Source: Prasinococcaceae sp. CCMP 1430
Taxonomy: Eukaryota; Plantae; Prasinodermophyta
DNA: 5,922 nt
Assembly: GCA_013416795.1 (NCBI GenBank)
Contig: RQSC01001014.1
Span: 1-5,922 of the forward strand
Direction: 5' to 3'
In this document: one piece after another, positions 1-4,911 of the stretch
How positions within the stretch are numbered: the stretch's first letter is position 1
Layout of the letters: every line of letters starts with the position of its first letter
Notes under the pieces: generated by a model
What the model saw: the letters and a program-made list of their open reading frames with translations, nothing else
What the model was told of the DNA's origin: nothing
Database searches by the model: none
Program-made: the position numbers and the translations under genes

Positions 1-142
1 TTCCACACGCGCTCGTGTGCAGACCCTCCTCTGACCCGATAACCCATATTAACCGAGGCTGAATACTGTGGCGCGCGTGCGCCGATTTCAAAAGGCGTTC
101 CCCGAGCGCGGCGCGCCGCGCACGTGCCGGGGCGCGTCGCCA

Positions 143-475
143 ATGCCGGCGGGCTTTAAGGTGCGCTGCCGGTACTGCCACACTCAGACCACCCGCGTCT
201 GTGAGCTGTGCACAGGCACCAACAACTGGTTCGGCGTGTGCCGCACGCTGGATGGTCAGTGCATGGCTGCCCATCTCGAGGGGATATCACCGAAGGCGCA
301 GAGGGCGGAGCGCAAGCGGCGCAGGCGGAGCGCAAGCGGCGCCACCAGCGGTGCCTCTCAGACCGCGCTCTCCTCGGGCGTCCGCGGCACCTCCATGGCG
401 CATACACCGAGCACAGGCCGGATTACCCCCACGTCCTTCTTCAGGACGACTTCGCAGCCTTCACAGACGACATAA
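143..475 (+). mobile_element. Small ORF or remnant with a Cys6-His zinc ribbon resembling the C-terminal cysteine-rich domain of piggyBac-like transposases (no DDE domain in the window)
   Basis: Codons 167-274 read CRYC-HTQTTRV-CELC-TGTNNWFGV-C-RTLDGQ-C-MAA-H, i.e. C-x2-C-x7-C-x2-C-x9-C-x6-C-x3-H with a Thr three residues before the third Cys. A basic RKRRRR patch follows. There is an ATG at 143 and the frame is open back to 53, so it could be a terminal exon of an upstream gene (CTGAC at 31-35, AG at 56-57). No TTAA lies downstream. Confidence 0.4.
304..343. repeat. 20-bp tandem duplication (GGCGGAGCGCAAGCGGCGCA / GGCGGAGCGCAAGCGGCGCC)
   Basis: Read directly: 304-323 and 324-343 match at 19 of 20 positions. 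Confidence 0.92.
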
Positions 476-645
476 TCACGATGTACAATCGCGTCCAACA
501 TGCCGTCGGTGCCGGGTCTACGAGGCTGCGCGTGCCGCCAACCCGCGCACATGAGCTCTCGCGCATGTGTGGGCGCCGCTAGGCCGCCTGGCGCTGCCCC
601 TTGCTCCGCCGCCGCGCCCCCAGGTGTGGGTTGTGAGCATGTGTC

Positions 646-672
646 AAAACTGTGGAATTTTTCCACAATTTT
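646..672. repeat. Short AT-rich inverted repeat (AAAACTGTGGAA-TTT-TTCCACAATTTT)
   Basis: The arms 646-657 and 661-672 pair at 11 of 12 positions with a 3-nt loop. It lies in a low-GC patch about 60 nt past the DUF455 stop codon. Confidence 0.6.
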
Positions 673-734
673 CTGTGAGAGAAGACATAGTGTACACAGC
701 GTGAGCCCCAAGCGCTGGCAGGTGGCAGGTGACA

Positions 735-1597
735 TCACGCCGCACCGATGGCCTCCACGGCGCTCATGTACCACTCCCGCGGTAGGTCAGCTTCTTCTCG
801 CCGCGTGTGGTTGAAGGGTTCGCGCAGAATTCCCTCCGCGTGAAGTGCGGCCAGCCGCGCGAACTCTGCGCCCGGATCCTTGCCCGTGCGCTCGCAGAGC
901 CACGTAAACCACACCACGCCGGCCTTGACGTGCGGGACCTCCTCGTCGGAAATGCGCTGAACGATAGCCGCCGACTCCTTGTCGCCCGCGCCGACGAGGC
1001 GCGCCGCCAAGCGGTCGCCGTGGTCAAGCCCACGAGCCTCCTGAATCATCGGGACAACGACCAGCCGTGCTCCCAGGTCGCCCACGGTCCCCTGTGCAGC
1101 TTCCCACAGCCCATCGTGTGCCGGCATGTCGCCATAGGAATGCCCCAGGGCCTCGATGCGATCGAGGCACCACTCGAGGTGCCTTGCCTCGTCATCCGCA
1201 ATTTGCGCGAACGTCTCGAAGAACGCCGGCGGGAGCGGCTCCGGGGCCCCCGCAGCTGCTGCCGTATCGGCGCACGAGAAGCGCACGACCGTGTCCCACG
1301 CAAGGTTGACCGCATTGAGCTCAATAGACGCCAGGTTGTGCAGGAGGAATGCCGAGAGCGGCAGGCCCGATTGGCGCTGGCCGGGCATCTCCTTCTGCGG
1401 CACCAGCACGGGGCGCGCGGGGCGCGCAGGGCGCACTGGCGCGCTCGCCACGCCCACACCCCCGCCTGACGCGCCGGCTGCAACCACCGCCGCGAACGCC
1501 TCGCGCGTAAGCGCCACTTTTTCCCGGGGGCACTCCGCCCTGAGCACCCGCGCGGCGAGCTCCGCTGCGGCAGGCGGCGCCACCGCCGCTCAGCCAT
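735..1597 (-). CDS. DUF455-family ferritin-like (putative diiron) protein, plant/green-algal type; 5' start unresolved
   Basis: Family motifs are RPARPARPVLV, LLHNLASIELNAVNLAWDTVVRF, ADDEARH, YGDMPAHDGLW, ARLVVVPMIQEARGLD, DEEVPHVKAGVVWF and PFNHTRREEADLPREWY. The four-helix ligand set E / ExxH / E / ExxH is intact. The stop is TGA at 737-735. The frame is closed upstream by TGA at 1592-1590, and the ATG at 1597 is 1 nt out of frame. Confidence 0.9.
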
Positions 1598-1610
1598 CGC
1601 CACATGCGAC

Positions 1611-1722
1611 CTGCGACGCATCGCGCAGGGGCACGAGAGCGCGTCAGCGCGCGGGCAACGCGCTGGTGTGAGGCTGGGCCGCATCAAAGAATCGCCGCGC
1701 GCGCTTGTAGCTGGCAACGCAC
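1611..1722 (-). other. Candidate 112-nt spliceosomal intron in the 5' UTR of the DUF455 gene
   Basis: On the minus strand: donor GAG|GTGCGT at 1722, branch GCTGAC at 1648-1643 and acceptor CGCAG|G at 1611. These are the same signals as in the well-supported introns at 4478-4561 and 5253-5392. There is no transcript evidence. Confidence 0.5.
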
Positions 1723-1802
1723 CTCCACTACCTCTATCGCCTCCTACCGCGCCTCGAGTGTGCGCGCCTCCCGCTGCACCGCCGCCGCCCGCGCCGCCCC
1801 CC

Positions 1803-3359
1803 CTGCGCAGCCACTCGTCCGCGGCGAGTTCGGCGCGCGTCACGTTGAGCGTGCGCAGCGCNCGGCGGCGGGTGCTCCCGCGCGCGGCGGCGACGTTCGG
1901 CGACGTCGACCCGGCGGAGGAAGCGCGGCTTGCGGCGGAGATGGAGGCCGCGCAGGCGGGCGGGGTGCGCAAGATGGTGGAGGATCGCCTCGCCGAGCTG
2001 CGCGCGATGGGCGACAACAAGCTCCCAAGCGACATGTGGGCGAGCCTCGCGCCGTCCGCGTGCGGCACCGAGGCATACGGCAGCTGGCGTGCAGGACTCG
2101 GCGGGGCGTCGCGGGGAGGGCTCAAGCTGGTGTGCGAGGCGCCCGCTGGGGCAGACGTCGGCGACGTCCTGCTTTCCATCCCCGAGAGCGCATGCCTGGT
2201 GGAGCCTCGCGCTCCCCCGCCCGGCGCGCCCGACCTCCCGTGGGAATTGCGGCTCGCGCTGCGCTTGCTCGACTCCGCCATGGGTCAGGACCCGAGCGAG
2301 GCGGGATACGTGTGGGCGGCGTACGCGGGCGCGCTCCTCCCCGCGCCCGCGCAGCTGTCGCAGCCCAGCTGTCTCTCCGAGGGTCTCCTGAAGGAGTACC
2401 AAGAGGGCGAAGAGGCCGACGGCGTGACCGCTCGCGCGCGTACGCAGCAGGCACGCCTGCGCGAGGCGATGCCCGTGCTCTCGCCACCAGCGGGCGAGGA
2501 CTGCGGGCCGCTGCAATGGGCGCTCGCGTGCGTGCGCTCGCGCGCGTTCGCGTGCGGCGCCGGAGGAGCCACGGGTGGCGCTGTGAGCTTTGGCGACATG
2601 GGTGACCAGGCCGGTGCGGGGCTGGATTCCGACGACCGCGGCGCTCCCACCGACCGATTCGCTATGGTGCCGTTCCTGGACATTGCCAACCACGCGGACG
2701 ACGACCAGGACCTCAACGCCGACTTCAGTTTCGAGGCGCTGCCGAACGCGGCTGGAGAAGTCAGCAGCGAGGGCGAGGCAGCTCCCAACTTCATGATGGA
2801 CCCGAGCGCCGCAGCGGGCGGCGCCGCCGACGGCGGCGAGCCCACCATGGGCTTTGTGCTGCGCGCAGTGCGCCCCATTGCACAAGGTGAAGAGGTACGG
2901 ATCAAGTACCACAGTGGCATGGACAACAAACGGCTCATGGCGGCCTACGGCTACTGCCTTGAGGGCAACGAGCTCGACCGCATGCCCCTGCCCCTGCCAC
3001 CGGCGGCCGCGCGCGCCGCGCGCGCGGCTGCGGACGCCGCACGGGAACGCGCTCTGGATGCAGGCGACGCCGCGGCTGCTCGCCGCGCGATGGCGCTGGG
3101 CGCCTCGGTGCAAGACACGGGCGCCGACTTGGGTGCCGGAGAGGACACCTCGACGTTGCTGCTGGAGCTCGCGCTGGCGCTGCTGGAGGACCTGCGCTCG
3201 CTCCCGACCAGCGCGGACGAGGACGACGCCATGCTCGCAAGCGCCCCGCTCGCGCCGCCGCTGCGCGCCGCGGTGGCCTACCGCGCCGAGCGCAAGCGCC
3301 TCGGCAGGCAGCTCGCGGACGTGCTCATGGCCGCCGCTGACCTCGTCGATGCCAAGTAA
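1803..3359 (+). CDS. SET-domain protein lysine methyltransferase, Rubisco LSMT-like family, with a probable plastid transit peptide; start unresolved
   Basis: SET-N is GLKLVCEAPAGADVGDVLLSIPESACL, followed by an iSET-like LALRLL...WAAYAGALLP segment. Core motifs are LQWALACVRSRAF, MVPFLDIANH and RAVRPIAQGEEVRIKY...DNKRLMAAYGY. The tail LPTSADEDDAML...AAVAYRAERKRL is typical of the LSMT substrate-binding region. The stop is TAA at 3357-3359. The first in-frame ATG is 1941, but a Ser/Arg/Ala-rich transit-peptide-like stretch precedes it from about 1803. Confidence 0.88.
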   Translation: MRSHSSAASSARVTLSVRSXRRRVLPRAAATFGDVDPAEEARLAAEMEAAQAGGVRKMVEDRLAELRAMGDNKLPSDMWASLAPSACGTEAYGSWRAGLGGASRGGLKLVCEAPAGADVGDVLLSIPESACLVEPRAPPPGAPDLPWELRLALRLLDSAMGQDPSEAGYVWAAYAGALLPAPAQLSQPSCLSEGLLKEYQEGEEADGVTARARTQQARLREAMPVLSPPAGEDCGPLQWALACVRSRAFACGAGGATGGAVSFGDMGDQAGAGLDSDDRGAPTDRFAMVPFLDIANHADDDQDLNADFSFEALPNAAGEVSSEGEAAPNFMMDPSAAAGGAADGGEPTMGFVLRAVRPIAQGEEVRIKYHSGMDNKRLMAAYGYCLEGNELDRMPLPLPPAAARAARAAADAARERALDAGDAAAARRAMALGASVQDTGADLGAGEDTSTLLLELALALLEDLRSLPTSADEDDAMLASAPLAPPLRAAVAYRAERKRLGRQLADVLMAAADLVDAK

Positions 3360-3760
3360 TACACGTGTCCTTCGTGTCGCCGGAATTCGCCCCTTCGGAC
3401 ATACGTTCGTTTCGAAATCAAACATACCCACGGCGGAGCGCATTCATCATCATTGATCATTGGGAATGCGTTCGTATCAATCTGCCTGCAATTTCTGCGT
3501 GTCCACACATGGCGCCACGTCATCGTCATCCACGAAGGGGTGCATACGGGGGAAAAGCGCGCGCCTGGTGCTGGCGCGCGCGCGCGGGGTGCGGGGTGGC
3601 GACGCGCGGGGTCGGCGCCACTCTGCGGGACGAGCGGGCTGGCGCGGCCTTGCTCGGGAGCGCGCGTAGAAGCGGGCAATGTCGTCTGCCAGCGCGCGCG
3701 CGCGCCTACGCGGCCGGCCTCACCGGCGGACCGGGGGGGGGCGTTCGGTGCGCGCGCTCC

Positions 3761-4825
3761 ATGGGCGCAGCCGCCGGGGAGGAGCTGTTGGTGCGCCTGG
3801 CTGCGGCGGAGAAGGCGGTGGAAGCGGGTGAATCCAAGCGCGCCGAGGACGCGCTCATGCTGCTCTCCAAGTCCACACCTGCGGCCAAGTGGCTCGCATC
3901 GACCAAGGCGGCGCACCGCGTCAAAGCGCTCAAGCGGCACTCCCGCTCGACGCCTGCCGTGCGCGGCGCGTGCGTCAAGGTCGTCGACGCGTGGCGGGCC
4001 GCCGTGACGGCCGAGGCAGCGAGTGCTAAGGAGGCCAAGGCAGGGGCTGCGAAGTCAAACAAGAGCGCGCCCGTCGCGTCGGCGGCGGCCGCTGACAAGT
4101 ACACCTCAGACCGCCTGCGCGTGTTGGAGCAAGTGTACACCAACCGCAACAACGGCGGCTTCCGCGATGCCATGACGAAGGTGCTCAAGAGCAAGTTGTG
4201 CAAGTCGGAGAGCGACTACAAAGTCGGTGACACCGTGCGCGTGGTCGACCGCATGCAGCGCGGCACTTATAGCTACAAGCTGAGCGCCCCAATCGGCCAG
4301 GACTTCGCACCGGGTTTCGAGCCGCTCTACTCACCCGCGGAGATGCTTGCGCTCGGCGTCTTCGAAGGCAAGTACTACAACGACGGGTTGTTCGAGCTCC
4401 CACGCGAGTGGTTCGAGGGGGCCATTGCGGCGCGCAAACTCGGACGCACGCCCAGCGTCACGCACAACGCCATGAAGGTGCGTGCGCGTTGCGCGCTGCG
4501 CGCCCACCTGACTGGCGCCTCGAAGGTCTGCGCACTGACCTCCCTGCTCGTTCGCTTCCAGGCCAAGTCGCGCCAGCCCCTTCACGTGTGGAACGAGAAC
4601 GGCTGGCTGCACAAAGACGACCCGCGCGGCTGGTTCCAGTGGTACTGTAGGTACTACCTCGGACGGCGCTGTCCCAAGGAGGACGCACGGCAGATCGGCC
4701 GCTGGCGCTCGTTCGGACCCCGCCACTCGGGGCAGATCAGAGCCAACTGCAAGCCGGGTGACTGCACGTGTCGGCCAAGGCAGCGGCAGGGCCTGCTGCA
4801 GTGGAGCTACGAGTACGACCTGTGA
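3761..4825 (+). CDS. Two-exon gene (3761-4477, 4562-4825; 326 aa): TFIIS N-terminal-like helical domain fused to an uncharacterised DPRGWFQWYCRY-family domain
   Basis: The ATG at 3761 (CCATGG) begins a coding-like sequence. Residues about 7-82 (LMLLSKS...WLASTKAAHRVKALKRH...VRGACVKVVDAWRAAV) fit the TFIIS-N/Med26-N pattern L..L..(8)..L..T.(I)G..V..L+KH...(v)...A..(l)v..W+..V. The region 4217-4822 carries DRMQRG.YSYKL.AP.G, SPAEMLALGVFEGKY, GW....DPRGWFQWYCRYYLGRR...D.RQI.RW and C.PGD..CRPRQRQ.LLQW. The stop is TGA at 4823-4825. Confidence 0.85.
   Translation: MGAAAGEELLVRLAAAEKAVEAGESKRAEDALMLLSKSTPAAKWLASTKAAHRVKALKRHSRSTPAVRGACVKVVDAWRAAVTAEAASAKEAKAGAAKSNKSAPVASAAAADKYTSDRLRVLEQVYTNRNNGGFRDAMTKVLKSKLCKSESDYKVGDTVRVVDRMQRGTYSYKLSAPIGQDFAPGFEPLYSPAEMLALGVFEGKYYNDGLFELPREWFEGAIAARKLGRTPSVTHNAMKVRARCALRAHLTGASKVCALTSLLVRFQAKSRQPLHVWNENGWLHKDDPRGWFQWYCRYYLGRRCPKEDARQIGRWRSFGPRHSGQIRANCKPGDCTCRPRQRQGLLQWSYEYDL
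4478..4561 (+). other. 84-nt GT-AG intron (phase 0, in frame, no stop codon)
   Basis: Donor AAG|GTGCGT, branch ACTGAC at 4534-4539, pyrimidine tract CTCCCTGCTCGTTCGCTTCCAG|G. Removing it joins NAMK to AKSRQPL and deletes 28 non-conserved-looking codons. Confidence 0.85.
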
Positions 4826-4911
4826 GCCATCGACCGCAGTCCAAAAGACGCTCTTTATAAGTTGCGCGCTCTCCGCTTGCTCTCGCAACCTTCCGACGTG
4901 TGTGCGCACTC

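Noticed and set aside
1-657. TTCCACA (1-7) and TGTGGAA (651-657) as possible terminal inverted repeats
   Set aside because: The match is only 7 bp, does not extend inward, and is truncated by the window edge. No target-site duplication can be assessed.
1603-1606. Overlapping opposite-strand ATGs in a CATG palindrome between the divergent genes
   Set aside because: Any CATG produces this. The minus-strand ATG is not in the DUF455 frame.
2552-2830. Gly/Asp-rich insertions in the SET domain as possible in-frame introns
   Set aside because: I found no convincing donor + CTGAC branch + acceptor set. Variable loops at these positions are normal in LSMT-family proteins.
3359-3430. Minus-strand peptide WVCLISKRTYVRRGEFRRHEGH resembling a C2H2 finger
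   Set aside because: The second Cys is Ser and the His spacing is x2. It sits just 3' of the SET stop codon with no supporting gene structure, so it is probably chance.
1734-3443. 569-aa antisense ORF, plus other long alternative-frame ORFs (1046..2281, 1604..2605, 807..1469, 2285..2938, 3278..3940, 4331..4909)
   Set aside because: These are shadow ORFs expected from stop-codon scarcity in high-GC coding DNA. They are Arg/Ala/Gly/Pro-rich, lack motifs and overlap recognisable genes.
3574-3741. (GC)6 at 3574-3586, (GC)7 at 3692-3705 and a G9 run at 3733-3741 (Z-DNA or G-quadruplex potential)
   Set aside because: Such runs occur throughout this very GC-rich sequence and nothing shows a specific function here.
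3365-3760. 396-nt upstream extension of the 486-aa ORF
   Set aside because: It has low-complexity, non-coding-like translation across (GC)n and G runs. The ATG at 3761 coincides with the start of the recognisable domain.
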